Below are positions 41,556 to 55,440 of a stretch of DNA of 64,000 bases, piece after piece. The stretch covers positions 40,858,001-40,922,000 of the forward strand of contig OX597815.1 in the NCBI GenBank assembly GCA_951406725.2. Reading direction: 5' to 3'. Position 1 is the first letter of the stretch. Each line of letters starts with the position of its first letter. The notes below the pieces were generated by a model that was not told the DNA's origin, ran no database searches, and was given only the letters and a program-made list of their open reading frames with translations. The translations under genes were made by a program, and so were the position numbers. Source of the stretch: Octopus vulgaris (taxonomy: Eukaryota).

Positions 41556-43428
41556 TTATAATTAATTAATAAGGGTGAGAGAATTAGATACTAATTTAAT
41601 AGTATATCTATTCAACACCAAGTGGCCTAGTGCTCCGAGAAACCTGGATTATTATAATATTTTATAATATATTATAATATTTTTACAAAATAAATATAAG
41701 AGAGTGGTCACTATATGGCTCACTCTAGCACCAGTTAATCCAAAAGGTTTCAACCACAAAAATACATGCTTCCCATGAAAGTCAGTACGATTGTTAGCTC
41801 ACACGGACAGGGCAAATAAAAAATAACAAAAATACAGATTATTTTGGGACAATTGTTTCGCTATTAATGAATTAAATGTAATTTTACTTACAAAAAAATC
41901 CACTTGTAGCCCCTCAGCCAAAACTATCTGGATGAAATCCACTCAATCACACGCCAGATTTTACCATAACGATAAATACGCGTGTGGTTCAATTGATTAC
42001 ATCCGACGTTATAATTCAAATGCCCCAACTAACAGCGCGCCAAACTTTCACGGAAAACAAATACAGCATTTAGAAATAAATGCAGCATAATTATAATTAA
42101 TTAATAAGGGTGAGAGAATTAGATACTAATTTAATAGTATATCTATTCAACACCAAGTGGCCTAGTGCTCCGAGAAACCTGGATTATTATAATATTTTAT
42201 AATATATTATAATATTTTTACAAAATAAATATAAGAGAGTGGTCACTATATGGCTCACTCTAGCACCAGTTAATCCAAAAGGTTTCAACCACAAAAATAC
42301 ATGCTTCCCATGAAAGTCAGTACGATTGTTAGCTCACACGGACAGGGCAAATAAAAAATAACAAAAATACAGATTATTTTGGGACAATTGTTTCGCTATT
42401 AATGAATTAAATGTAATTTTACTTACAAAAAAATCCACTTGTAGCTCCTCAGCCAAAACTATCTGGATGAAATCCACTCAATCACACGCCAGATTTTACC
42501 ATAACGATAAATACGCGTGTGGTTCAATTGATTACATCCGACGTTATAATTCAAATGCCCCAACTAACAGCGCGCCAAACTTTCACGGAAAACAAATACA
42601 GCATTTAGAAATAAATGCAGCATAATTATAATTAATTAATAAGGGTGAGAGAATTAGATACTAATTTAATAGTATATCTATTCAACACCATACTAATTTA
42701 ATAGTATATCTATTCATTAATAGCGAAACAATTGTCCCAAAATAATCTGTATTTTTGTTATTTTTTATTTGCCCTGTCCGTGTGAGCTAACAATCTTACT
42801 GACTTTCATGGGAAGCATGTATTTTTGTGGTTGAAACCTTTTGGATTAACTGGTGCTAGAGTGAGCCATATAGTGACCACTCTCTTATATTTATTTTGTA
42901 AAAATATTATAATATATTATAAAATATTATAATAATCCAGGTTTCTTGGAGCACTAGGCCACTTGGTGTTGAATAGATATACTATTAAATTAGTATCTAA
43001 TTCTCTCACCCTTATTAATTAATTATAATTATGCTGCATTTATTTCTAAATGCTGTATTTGTTTTCCGTGAAAGTTTGGCGCGCTGTTAGTTGGGGCATT
43101 TGAATTATAACGTCGGATGTAATCAATTGAACCACACGCGTATTTATCGTTATGGTAAAATCTGGCGTGTGATTGAGTGGATTTCATCCAGATAGTTTTG
43201 GCTGAGGAGCTACAAGTGGATTTTTTTGTAAGTAAAATTACATTTAATTCATTAATAGCGAAACAATTGTCCCAAAATAATCTGTATTTTTGTTATTTTT
43301 TATTTGCCCTGTCCGTGTGAGCTAACAATCGTACTGACTTTCATGGGAAGCATGTATTTTTGTGGTTGAAACCTTTTGGATTAACTGGTGCTAGAGTGAG
43401 CCATATAGTGACCACTCTCTTATATTTA
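41556..43428. mobile_element. Second array of the 535-bp family A monomer, tandem plus inverted
   Basis: ~2.1 units (41556-42690), a 25-bp re-copied segment, then ~1.3 inverted units (42713-43428). HHRs at 41842-41923(-, CTGAGGG mutant), 42377-42458(-) and 43196-43277(+). Confidence 0.9.
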
Positions 43429-43545
43429 TATTATATATATATATTATATATATGTATAAATATATATATATATATATTATATATATGTATAAATATATAT
43501 ATATATATATTATATATGTATAAATATATATATATATATATTATA

Positions 43546-43587
<42 letters not shown>

Positions 43588-43650
43588 GTATAAATATATA
43601 TATATATATATTATATATATGTATAAATATATATATATATATATATTATA

Positions 43651-43822
<172 letters not shown>

Positions 43823-43851
43823 GTATAATATATATATATATATATATTATA

Positions 43852-43967
<116 letters not shown>

Positions 43968-43985
43968 GTATAAATATATATATAT

Positions 43986-45612
43986 ACTTTGATACTTTGA
44001 TAGGTTTCGGCCATTATTGGCCCAGGCCATGTCTAACTTAATAGCACCACCTGGTGAAGTCTTTCAAGTCAGAATTTGGGCACTATGGCCCACTCAAGTA
44101 GAGAGTTATTGTTTACAGAGACATATCCGGGTGTAGGGGGTTTATCCAGGATTTCTTGAAGGAATCTGTCCAAAGACTTCTTGAACCCTATAGGGTCACT
44201 TTCTGTTTTAATGTGTTTTGGTGTAATGTTAAAGAGAGCGGGGCCAATTGAGGTGAAATAATTGTGCCGTATTGTTGTTATGAGATGAGAGTGCGATTTT
44301 TGTTTTGGGCGGATGGCACGGGGCCCAAGCCTTGGATGTACCTTAAAGGTGATGCCAACATCATTTGGGCAATGCTGATGGAATATTTTCCACATCATGC
44401 AGATGATGTAGCGCTCACGATGACGTTGGAGAGAATAGAGTTTTAGCTTTTCTAGTCGACCCCAATAGTCGAGGCCTGTCATGCCATCTATCTTTTTGTG
44501 ATTGCCCTTTGAGGTGCTTCAACTTTTATGATACCTTGTATTGTGTGGGGAGACCACAGTGGACAACAGTATTCAAGGTGGGGTCGGGCAAAAGTGGAGA
44601 AGAGAAGGATAATGGTGTGGATATCTCTCGACTGGAAAGTTCTGAGAATCCAGGAACACATTCTGCGGGCCATGTCAACTTTGGTGTTTATATGAGTGGC
44701 CCAGCTTATGTTGTTGTCCACAATTACTCCCAGGTCTCTGATGTTGTTGGACGCCGCGAGAGTTTCACCTGAAGGAAGGGAGTATGGGAGTTTCAGGGCA
44801 TCCTCTTTTCCAAAGTGGATTAGCTCAAATTTATCCTCGTTCAGCAGCATATTGTTTTTTTCTGCCCATTGGATAACAGCCAGTAGATCTGACTGAAGGC
44901 ATGTCCGGTCACTCGCCTCATTTATGACCTTCTGTAGCTTGGAGTCATCTGCAAAGATTTTTATGTTGCTGTGCTTGATGATGTCATTAATGTCATTAAT
45001 GTAAATGATGAAAAGAAGTGGGCCCAGCACAGTGCCTTGCGGAACGCCACTACTGGCTTTGGCTGGGCTTGATTTTACCCCTTCAACTACAACATGTTGA
45101 GATCTGTCTGTCAGGAAACACTTGATCCATTTCAGTAACTTTCCAGAGACACCAATGTTGGATAGTTTTTTCAATAGGATCTTGTGATCGACCCTGTCGA
45201 AGGCCTTACTGAAATCAAGGTAGATGACATCGGTGTTGGAGCCCTCTCCCAAAGTTCTCAAAATGTCCTCAAAGTGATGCAGGAGCTGCGTTAGGCAGTC
45301 CCTTCCATTACGGAACCCATGTTGGTTGGAGATCAGCCGTCTGTTGCTTTCCAGAAATTGGGTTATTCGAGATCTCACCACCCTCTCAAATACCTTGATG
45401 ATATGAGAGGTGAGTGAGATCGGACGGTAATTCACTGCAAGGGACTTGTTTCCCTTTTTGAAAACTGGGACAACAGACTGGGACAGAAGGTTTTTTGGAA
45501 TATAGCCAGCATCCAGTGAGTTTCTCCACAGATTAGCAAGGGGAGATGCAAGTTGGTGTCGACACACCTTCAGGACACAAGCAGGGAACCTATCGGGGCC
45601 TACTGCTGAATT
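43986..45612 (-). mobile_element. 5'-truncated CR1/L2-like LINE (reverse transcriptase)
   Basis: NYRPISLT, QHGFR, YLDFSKAFD, GVPQGTVLGPLLF, FADD, RDLGV and LEYCCPLWSP motifs. One frameshift near 44500 and an (ATCAAAGT)2 tail. Confidence 0.93.
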
Positions 45613-45656
45613 GTGTTTTTGTATATATACATATATATATTATATATATGTATAAA

Positions 45657-45833
45657 TCATCATCATCATCATCATCATCATCGTTTAGTGTCCGTTTTCC
45701 ATGCTAGCATGGGTTGGACGGGTCAACTGGGGTCTGTGAAGCTGGAAGGCTTCGTCAGGCCCAGTCAGATCTGGCAGTGTTTCTACGGCTGGATGCCCTT
45801 CCTAACGCCAACCACTCCGCGAGTGTAGTGGGT
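45657..45833 (-). mobile_element. RTE 3'-UTR terminal fragment
   Basis: (CAT)n followed by the reverse complement of the 20570-20735 tail. Confidence 0.75.
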
Positions 45834-45835
45834 AA

Positions 45836-45868
<33 letters not shown>

Positions 45869-45869
45869 G

Positions 45870-45930
<61 letters not shown>

Positions 45931-46004
45931 TCATCATCATCATCATCATCATCATTTAACATCCGCTTTCCGTATATATATATATATATATATATAGTAT
46001 ATAT

Positions 46005-47065
46005 TGATATGGGTTCAGTTGAGAAACTGAGTGCTACGACCTACTTTTGTGATCTGGCGTCAGGGAGACGGGTAAATCTTTTGTTTTGTCAGTTTCTGGA
46101 AAGTTTTATGTATTCGGAGGAGACCTTTGGCCCTGTGCCGGTCAAGGAAAGTTTAAGAGACCACCCTTTAAAATGCGATGCACTGGGAGTTGGTCAGTCA
46201 GTCGGCAGTTGGGATTGCAGGCAGTCAGTCGTCGGTTTTGGCCAGAGACAAGAGTGATACGGACAGTCAGTCAGGAGGGTGCCGATGGGAAAGGCAACTA
46301 CATCGTTGAGAAAGACAGACAGTTAATGTGAGAGATGACAAGCGAGAGGATGACAGCGTAGAGGAAGACAGGCAGATAGGATTAAGGAACTGAGAGAGAG
46401 GGATTATGGCATGAAGGCATTGGCTATTCGTGATGGGAGTTTCTGAAATTGTAACTAGAAAATGTAACGGTATGTGTTGTTTATGTTTTGATGTGAATTG
46501 TGTTAAAAAGAGTTGTTAAAGAAAAGAAATGAGATTGTAAAGACATTGTGAAAAGAATTGTTGAACTAAAGAAGAGAATTGATGTAAAAAAAAGAGAAAG
46601 AAGGAAAGAGGAAAAAGAAAGAACTGTGTTGAAAAGAAAAAGAAAGAGAGAGACTAATGTAGAATATTGAACTGATTTGAACTGTTGTCTCCGGACTGTG
46701 CTATATTGTGAACATTCTGTTTTTATTCGACGTGAACTGTTTAAATGCTTTGATTTTGTTGTTTTCTTGCATGTTATTTTCTTTAATGTATCTCTGATAT
46801 GTATCACATTGTATTTGATGTCGTAATTGTCATAAACTGTTGTTAAATGTAAGCCAATTGCCTTCCGCCGTCTCTCTCTGTATCTCTTCCTGCTGTTGTT
46901 GTTGTGGTTCTCTCCGGTTGCTGGGTTCGCTGCCATCCCCCACCGAGTCCTTTCTGTGTGGCGAATTCTCCGTTTGACTGGGCCGGTGCAATCATCGTTG
47001 CTCGACTTGATAGGGTCCCGGGTTTCCGAAGAGTTTGAGCGACGGCAGGCAGGTGATTCGTAACA
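46005..47065. mobile_element. Probable solo LTR (1061 bp)
   Basis: TG...CA ends with an imperfect inverted repeat (TGATATG / CGTAACA), flanked by ATAT on both sides. Non-coding. Confidence 0.5.
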
Positions 47066-47076
47066 ATATATATATA

Positions 47077-47492
47077 CTCTTTTACTCTTTTATTTGTTTC
47101 AGTCATTTGACTGCAGCCATGCTGGAGCACTGCCTTTAGTTGAGCAAATCGACCACAGGACTTATTCTTTGTAAGCCTAGTACTTATTCTATCGGTCTCT
47201 TTTGCCGAACCGCTAAGTGACGGAGACGTAAACACACCAGCATCGGTTGTCAAGCAATGTTGGGGGGACAAACACAGACACAAACATATACACACACATA
47301 CATATTTATATATATATATACATATATATGACGGGCTTCTTTCAGTGTCCGTCTACCAAATCCACTCACAAAGCATTGGTCGGCCCAAGGCTATAGTAGA
47401 AGACACTTGCCCAAGGTGCCATGCAGTGGGACTGAAGCCGGAACCATGTGGTTTGTAAGCAAGCTACTTACCATACAGCCACTCCTACGCCT
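47077..47492 (-). mobile_element. SINE family 1 (full length)
   Basis: Reverse complement of the 10462-10840 type. Confidence 0.85.
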
Positions 47493-47513
47493 ATATATAT
47501 ATGTATATATATA

Positions 47514-47566
<53 letters not shown>

Positions 47567-47589
47567 GTATATATCCTCATATATATATA

Positions 47590-48483
47590 TGAGGATAATA
47601 TGCAGTTTAATGCTGAAAAATTCCAGGCCCTGCGCTACCAGCATCCAAAACTGAATATTAAACTTACAGGATACACCGGTCCACAGGGAATTTCAATCCC
47701 AGAGCCTAAGTCTGTGAGGGACCTGGGTATCGACATGACTGATGATACCTCTTTCCAAGTGCACATTACCAGGATGGCGACAAAGTGCAGACGACTGGCG
47801 GGGTGGATCCTAAGAACATTCAGAACCAGAGATAAGGAAACCATGAAGGTCCTCTGGCGGACATTCGTCCTCAGTTGCCTGGATTACTGCTCACAGCTAT
47901 GGTCACCCACCAGAGTAAAATTAACAGCGGACCTTGAAGCAATCCAGAGAAGATTCACAAAGAAGATCATCTCTTTGCAACAGCTCAGCTACTGGGAAAG
48001 GTTGAAACAGCTAAGACTCTACTCCCTGGAGAGAAGACGGGAGAGGTATGCAGTAATATATGTCTGGAAGATCCTGGAAGGAATTGTGCCAAATTTTGGC
48101 ATTGTAGGCTACACCAATGCTAGAACGGGACGACACTGCATAATGCCAAAGACCCCAGCAATGCCATCACGCTTCAGGACCAGCTTCGGCAACAGCCTGG
48201 GTTTCAAGGGCCCACAGCTTTTTAATATTCTCCCAAAGAGTCTGAGGAACTTGCACAAAGTAGATGTAGCGGTTTTTAAATCAAAGCTGGACATCTTCCT
48301 GTCAAGAGTCCCAGATGAACCTACCTCACGGCAAGAGGTGCAAATGAGAGTAGCTATATCAAACTCCAATCTTCACCACGTGCCACATATTAGACGAGGT
48401 TCGTCGTAATAACAGTGTAGCACAAAACGGCGGTGCATCAGCATGGCCGCAGCTCTGAGCTGAAACTCAAAAAAAAAAAAAAA
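47590..48483 (+). mobile_element. CR1/L2-like LINE 3' fragment with poly(A)
   Basis: NMQFNAEKF, VRDLGI, LDYCSQLWSP, LEAIQRRFTK and YSLERRR motifs, then a short 3' UTR and A-tail. Confidence 0.88.
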
Positions 48484-48574
48484 GTATATATATATATATA
48501 TATATAGTATATATATATAAAGTATATATATATATATATAGTATATATATATATAGTATATATGTATATATACT

Positions 48575-48990
48575 TTTACTAAATATTGGGGGCCTGTTGC
48601 ATCAAAATAGAAACAAAATTTCTTTCCTGAGAGATCTTACTGCATGCAATCAAGCCCTATGCATAGCACTTGTGGAAACTCACCTCAACCTTGATATAGA
48701 GGACGCAGAAGTACACATACCAAACTATGCCATACTGCGAACAGACAGAAGGGAAAGGAGGCATGGTGGAGTTGCTGTATACATCCGAGATGACCTCACA
48801 CCCCAGGTCTTGATGACATACTCAAATTCGGTATGTAACACCTTAATTGTATACATAAGACAACATAATATAGTCATATGCAATACATATTGCCCACCGG
48901 ATGCCCCAAATCACATAGGCAAGTTTGAAGATTGCCTCACAAGAATTAAAGAAATCCTCATGAATCTGGAACACCACGTGACCATATTTC
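48575..48990 (+). mobile_element. LINE apurinic-endonuclease domain fragment
   Basis: LNIGGL, IALVETHL, RTDRRERRHGGVAVYIR and YCPP motifs. Confidence 0.8.
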
Positions 48991-49794
48991 TTATTTGTCT
49001 GTCTAACTAGCTCTCTCTCTCCCTCTCTCTATATATCTCACTCACTCTCTATTGTTTTGATTTTCATTTTCCAGATGCTATTGTTTTCACTTTAAGTTCA
49101 ATTGATATTTACCAGCAACAACGACAAATTACTGACAGAAAGAAGTTCACACTGACAGATGAAAGTAATTTCATAATTTACTGACAGAAGTAACTTAATA
49201 AATTTTACTTCAATCCAAACACTTCATTAAATTTGCCTACAAATTTCTTATTTAATTTTGCAACATTTTTGTGTTTTTGTTGTTGATGGAATTACTGATA
49301 AAAGTAACTTCATAATTTACTGACAGAAGTGACTTCAAAAATTTCACTTAAATCTTTACACTTAATTAATTTCCCTAAAAACTTCCTATTTACTTTTGCA
49401 ACCTACTAAATATCAGATGAATAATTCTATTGACAGAGAGCTGTGGGTCACAGGTTTCTTCATTTCCCCAATTGGTTACATATTTGGTGTGAGCTAGGTT
49501 GGCTTTTCACATTAGTTGTACTTCATTTGGAAGGGTTCCGCAGTTTCTATTTAACCAATTTCAATCCCAATGCTTTGGTCATGTAATAGATGAATTACTA
49601 AGTCACTCACAGACATTCTCCATCCTCTGATGACCAGACATTCTCTGTCTCCTTTCTCTGTCTTTTCTATTGCTACTATATAGCTTCTGTTCCCTGCAGC
49701 TAGCTAAGCTCACCCCAACTCCTCTAAAACGTTCCCATCCCACTTGCCTCTTTTCTTATCATCCTTCTAATGTCCACCTCCACCCCATCCCCAC

Positions 49795-50810
49795 CTGGGC
49801 AGGTTTGTGGGAGGATATTGAAAAGCTGTGTGTCCTTGAAGCCCAAGTTGTTGCAGTATCCAATCCTGTATCCTGATAGCAATGTTGAGATTTTTGGTGC
49901 TGTGCAGTGGTGCTCCATTCTGCAGTTTCTGTAACTTATAATGTTAAAGTTTGGTACAAGTTCTTCAAGGATTTTCCAGATGTATATCACTGAACATCTT
50001 TCCCACTTTCCTTCTAGTAGAGTCTTAACTTTTTCAGCCTCTCCCAGTAGCTGACCTGTCACATTGAGATGATCTTTGTGTAGCTTCATTGGATTGCTTT
50101 GAGTTCTGTAGTCAATTTTTCAGTGTAGTGACTATAGTCAGGAGCAGTAATCTAAATGGCTGAAGACAAATGTCCTCCAGAGGACCTGCATAATTACCTA
50201 TTCTCTAGTTCTGAAAGTTCTAAGGCTCCATTCATCCAACTGTCTGCATTTTATTGCCAATTAGTAATATGCACCTGGAAAGATGCATCCTTATTCATGT
50301 TGTTACCTAGGTTATGCAGTGATTTTGATTCAGGGATTGCAATTCCTCCTGAGCTAGTATATCTTGTCTGCTTTTCATTTAGCTTCATGTGTTGGTAGCA
50401 CAGGGCTTGGAATTTTCCAGCCTTATACTGTATATTTTCCTCAGCTCAGTTATATATGGCACCCAACTCCTGTTGCAGATGTGCAAAATCTCCAGAGCTC
50501 TGTATCCTCTGAGAGACTTTTGTATCATCTGCAAAGCAAGCAAAGGTGGCTATCTGAGCAGCTCAGGGCATGTCTGAGAAGGCATCTATGAATAGCACTG
50601 TCCCCAAGGCAGTGCTCTGTGGAACACCACCCATTATTGGCATTTCCTTGGAGGTGGAAATGTTGGCTGCCAATACCTGGCATCTATTTTTTAGAAAGTT
50701 ATGTAGTCACTCTCTAAGTTTTCCGACTATGCCGAGATTATGCAGCTTTTGACATATGAAAAGCTTTTGCAAAGCTGAGATATATCACGCCAACATTTGA
50801 GCTGTTTTAA
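49795..50810 (-). mobile_element. Degenerate CR1/L2-like LINE RT fragment
   Basis: DFAKAF-like, GVPQ.T.LG and FADDTK remnants and IYIWKILE, with many stops. Confidence 0.7.
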
Positions 50811-50960
50811 CACCTCATAATAGTAAAGACACTAAGAGATTTATGATCACTCAGGTTGTTGAACTGACAATGTGGTGCCTACATCACAGTAGGATACATG
50901 AATGCTTGGACAGTTTAATGACACCTACATAACTGCCCATATAAGCAAGTGTGTGTGCGC

Positions 50961-51001
<41 letters not shown>

Positions 51002-51069
51002 AGTACAAAGGACTGAAAGTATAGGTATGGAAGTAACTATATCTGGGTATTGACATACCTAATATTAAT

Positions 51070-51778
51070 AGACCCAACAAATGAAGGGACTTCATGGCTC
51101 GCAGGACGGCTTGCTGTGCTAACCTTGGATCATAGGGTGACCCGTTGTGCTTGAGGAGACCTATTGAGTTAAGTCCATCAACCTCAAAATAAAAATCAAA
51201 TGGATATTGTACTAGTGATACCCATGCCGGTGGCACATTGGGCCTCACAGAAGCAATGATGTAAGACCAAGACCTCTGAGATATGCTGTGACTGGGAAGA
51301 CCCGACAAATGAAGTGAGTTCATGGCTCGCAGGACGGCCTGCTGTGCTAACATTGGATCGTAGGGTGACCCACTGTGCTTGAGGAGACCTATTGAGTGAA
51401 GTACATCAACATCAACATCAAAACAAAAATCAAATGGAAATGGTAGTTGTGATACCTGTGCCGGTGGCACATAAAAAGTACTATCCGAATGTGGCTGATG
51501 CCAGCGCCACCTGACTGGCGTCCGTGTCGGTGACACGTAAAAAGCACCAACCAATTATGGCCATTTGCCAGGCTCCTCTGGCCCCTGTGCTGGTGGCACA
51601 TAAAAAGCATCCACTACACTTACGGAGTGGTTGGCGTTAGGAAGGGCATCCAGCTGTAAAAACACTGCCAGATCAGACTAGAGCCTGGCGCAGCCTCCTA
51701 GCTTCCCAGACTCCGGTTGAACCGTCCAACCCATGCTAGCATGGAAAATGGACGTTGAACGCTGATGATGATGATGAT
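51070..51778 (+). mobile_element. RTE LINE 3' end with internal duplication
   Basis: 51070-51235 is repeated at ~51300-51470, and there is a (GAT)n tail. Confidence 0.72.
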
Positions 51779-52454
51779 ATATATAGGTATCAAGTTAGAG
51801 GGGTTTAATACCTCTAAGGGATAATTAAATCCAGAGTCACTCCTGGCTATTAGCTGGGTAGGTACAGTCGGTACCTGGCTATTAGCTGGGTAGGTACAGG
51901 ATAAACACATGAAAAAAAAATGTGCTTAATTAAATGAGATAGCCAGCACCTAAATAATACTCACCCTGCCCTAATTACCCAATAAAACTAACCAATCTAC
52001 CACAAACAAACCTTTACCCAGCGAATTTACCAGTGCAAAAACAAAATCTCAATGTAAGAATTACCAATTTGTTTACATTAGAATGACATATGTATCAATC
52101 ATTTTCGCATTCTAATCAATGCATCTATCTATATTTGCATTCTAAAGAGATTTACTTACCCCAGTAAATCGAAACAATCGTAAATGCCACCCTCATCTCT
52201 GCTTCTTAATTCTTTGTTACCTATCAGATAACTGTTGACCAATATATTTTTTTCTTTTTTTTCAGATTGTTATTTCTCTAAACCCTGATATAATGTACAA
52301 AATGCTCCTTTAACTCTTGAAATACATGTGTGAATTAACAAGGGTACACTTGAAGCAGTAAGATTAGTCTAGCTTTTAATAAAGGTTATTTATCAGAAAC
52401 ATGAATTGTAAGTTATTCATTTGTTGTTATTGATGTTATTTTTTATTAACTTAC

Positions 52455-52636
52455 CAAGTCATCTGAAGATACTCTGTGTTTTACATTTGCTTCTCTGATG
52501 TATTTAGGATCTTTCTTTTGTTGTACAAAAGTACATCTTGGAAACCACCGAATATGTTCTTCCCATGGATTGTCATCATCCTCCCAATTACATAAGCCAC
52601 CATCACAGCTAAAACAAATTACTGTATCAGCTTTTC
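52455..52636 (-). CDS. IAP coding exon 2: second half of BIR4
   Basis: Acceptor ttttctgcag| is followed by (G)KADTVICFSCDGGLCNWEDDDNPWEEHIRWFPRCTFV...DDL and donor |GTAAGT. Phase 1 to 0, joining exon 1 in frame. Confidence 0.93.
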
Positions 52637-53681
52637 CTGCAGAAAATGAAAGAGAATAATTATAACACACAAGTCTGAAAGATTAAATTAGGAATTGAAA
52701 AATTCAGTATGATTATGCAAGAATTCAGAATGTAAAGAGACCTAACTACAGCCTAGTTCTCTGCTGATTCTGCCATTAACTAAAGATCAAATGAAGTTAG
52801 TATGTACTTAGCATTTTTAACAACAGAACAGTTATTGCAATTTCGTGTAAAGGCTCTGATGAACGAATTTAAACTTCTTAATTATTTTCTTTAAGACAAT
52901 AAAACCAAAAGGAAAGTAATGGTCAACTAATAAGCGTTGTACAGATTACTAACATAGTGTTTCTCTTATTTCTCACAGAATACATCAATCTGTATCATTG
53001 ACACTTTCTTTCTTTTAAATTCTTTTCAAAGCAAACTGTGTTTCTTTCATGTTTGATGAATAAATATGGCACCAGAAAATAGAAATTCTAACAATCAAAA
53101 ACACAATATTAATAAACTCAAAGATGATTACTCTGTATCATGCTTTCTTATTTATCTTTACTATTAATGTTTTGTTAAATTTTCTAAAATTTTCTAAATA
53201 ACGGGATGCTAAACTCCCCTGTTCGAAAATATAAGGACACAGATAGTGTGTCATATAGGAGACGATGTTTCCTGGGGCTAAATAACAGTAACATTCGTCC
53301 CAACCAGGGCTGCCACAATATGTTGGCAAATAATCTTTACTTTAGAGTACTGTTAATGAATGTCTCTCGTTGAGAGATTTAGAAATAATAATGTTTCTAT
53401 TTACAAAATAAAAGGTAATCTTAAATTTTCAGAGGCAAGCTAGGTGTAATGGTAAAGTTAATAATCTGATTAATAGCTCAAAATTTCTTAGTCATTATAT
53501 TGGGCCCTTGAAAAATAGAGTTAGGGTATATTTTCTTTGCTTACCTTAGTTTATCCAGCTGTCTCTAACAATATGTAAAGAACCAATTTTCAAAATCATG
53601 CTATATGTGCAGGCATGAAAATTGGAAATAGTACTAAAGAGAGTAACCAAAGATATATAAATAAATATTGTATGTATTTAC

Positions 53682-54660
53682 CATTATGAAAGAATCCAGC
53701 ATCTGCTAAAGATTCAGGTTTTTGGTTTTTATTCTTTGGCCATGAAGAAAATGTTTTAAGGCGTTTACTAAATGAGGTAAAATGTGGATGTACTGGAGAA
53801 TCAAATTTATTACTCTGATTTGGTATTGGTACGTTACCTACCAATTTCTCACACAAGAAAGGGCAGTTCGGATAAATTGACCTATGTTTTTCTTTAATAT
53901 CATCATTAGCTTTCCAATCGTTGATTTCACATTTGCAAAAAACACAACAGGCATTATCAGTAGGCTCTTTGTAGTAGAATCCATTAGCTGCCAAATCTTT
54001 AGCTTTTAATGGGAGAGGTGTTGACAAAGCTTTGGCAAAACTTCTTAGCCGATTCAGTTCATATTTGAAATCTATTTTCATGAAAGATTCTAAATTTGGA
54101 CATTTTGGACTGAAATTTCTATGTTCTTTATGGACATCATCATTTTCTTTCCATTCGTGGAGTTGGACAGAGCAGTATGCACATTTAACAGCATCACCAT
54201 AACGTAGGTAATAAAATCCATTCTTGGCAAGACCTGTGGGTGTTACTGGTATGCTTTTGTCCCAATTTTCAAAGGAATCCAGTCTCTTTTGCATATCAAG
54301 CATTTCATTTTCATTTGGAATAATATTTTCAGTACTAGTTGTCACTACAATCTCATTTTCTTGTTCAGTGATTTGGACATTAATAGTTGCAGCATTTTTA
54401 ATATCTGTATCATTATGTAAATAAACTGGACAATTGTCAACTTTATCTTCACACGAATATTTATGTTTAAAAGTGGAATCTGAAAATTCCAGTACAGATT
54501 TACAGAAAAAGCACAGTATTTTTCCTTCTGTGCTATCATAATAATAACCATTTGCAGCAAGCTCTGTAGCTGTTAGTTTTTGTTGAATATTTTCAGAGAA
54601 TGTCAACAATCTTTCTTTTTCATGACATAGGTCCCCTGGGGGTGTCATCAGATTTTCCAT
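53682..54660 (-). CDS. IAP (BIR-repeat inhibitor of apoptosis) coding exon 1: atypical BIR1, BIR2, BIR3 and first half of BIR4
   Basis: The ORF has repeated RLxSF...LAxNGFYY...CxxC-x16-H-x6-C motifs (CAYC..H..C; CVFC..H..C). A splice acceptor (ttgtcatttcag) precedes 54702, just upstream of the ATG. A phase-1 donor AATG|GTAAAT lies at 53682/53681. Confidence 0.93.
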
Positions 54661-54774
54661 TACTTTCTGTCAGTATTATTGATTATTATTTGTATCCAAA
54701 GACTGAAATGACAAAAATATAAAAAATATGTGAATTTTTTCTTGTATGAAGTTGTATAAACTACAAAGTAAAAA

Positions 54775-55104
54775 GAGATGTAAGGAGCACTCTGCCAGTT
54801 ACGCTGATGTGAGTCCCAGCTGATACAATTAATGGAACAGCTTGCTCATGAAATTAACGTGCAAGTAACTGCATACTCCACAGACATGTGTACCCTTAAC
54901 GTAGTTCTCAGGGAGACTCAGTGTGACACGGTGTGTAACAAGGCTGGCCTGTTGAAATACAAGTACTACTCATTTTTGCCAGTTGAGTGAACTGGAACAA
55001 CAGTAAATAAAGTATCTTGCTCAAGGACAGATTGCATCACTAGGAACTGAACTCACGACCTTATGATTGTGAGCTGAATGCCCTAACCACTAAGCCACGC
55101 ACCT
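54775..55104 (-). mobile_element. tRNA-headed SINE (family 2)
   Basis: GGTGCGTGGCTTAGTGG A box, GAGTTCAGTTCC B box and CCTTGAGCAAG motif. Confidence 0.75.
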
Positions 55105-55185
55105 TCACACACACAAAAACAAGAGATGCATAAATAAAATGTATAAATAATTTACAAAACTAATCAAGTTGAAAGTATCAAGGCT

Positions 55186-55440
55186 CATCATCATCATCAT
55201 CATCATTTAACGTCCGTTTTCCGCACTAGCACGGGTTGGACGGTTCGACTGGGGTCTGGGAAGCCAGGAGGCTGCACCAGGCTCCAGTTTGATCTGGCAG
55301 TGTTTCTACAGCTGGATGCCCTTACTAATGCCAACCACTCCGCGAGTGTAGTCGGTGCTTTTTATGTGCCAGGGGAGTCTGGCAGCGGCCACGATCGGTT
55401 GGTGCTTTTAACGTGCCACCGGCACGGAAGCCAGTCAAGG
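55186..55440 (-). mobile_element. RTE 3'-UTR fragment
   Basis: (CAT)n plus the family tail. A shorter copy lies at ~55700-55797. Confidence 0.75.

Noticed and set aside
51843-51898. Short tandem duplications (also 15640-15780 and 49130-49335)
   Set aside because: Ordinary local slippage duplications with no further structure seen.
52159-52284. Possible extra IAP exon (ag|GLEK*QSEK...|GTAAGT)
   Set aside because: It has an in-frame stop at codon 5 and an incompatible end phase, so it cannot be supported without transcripts.
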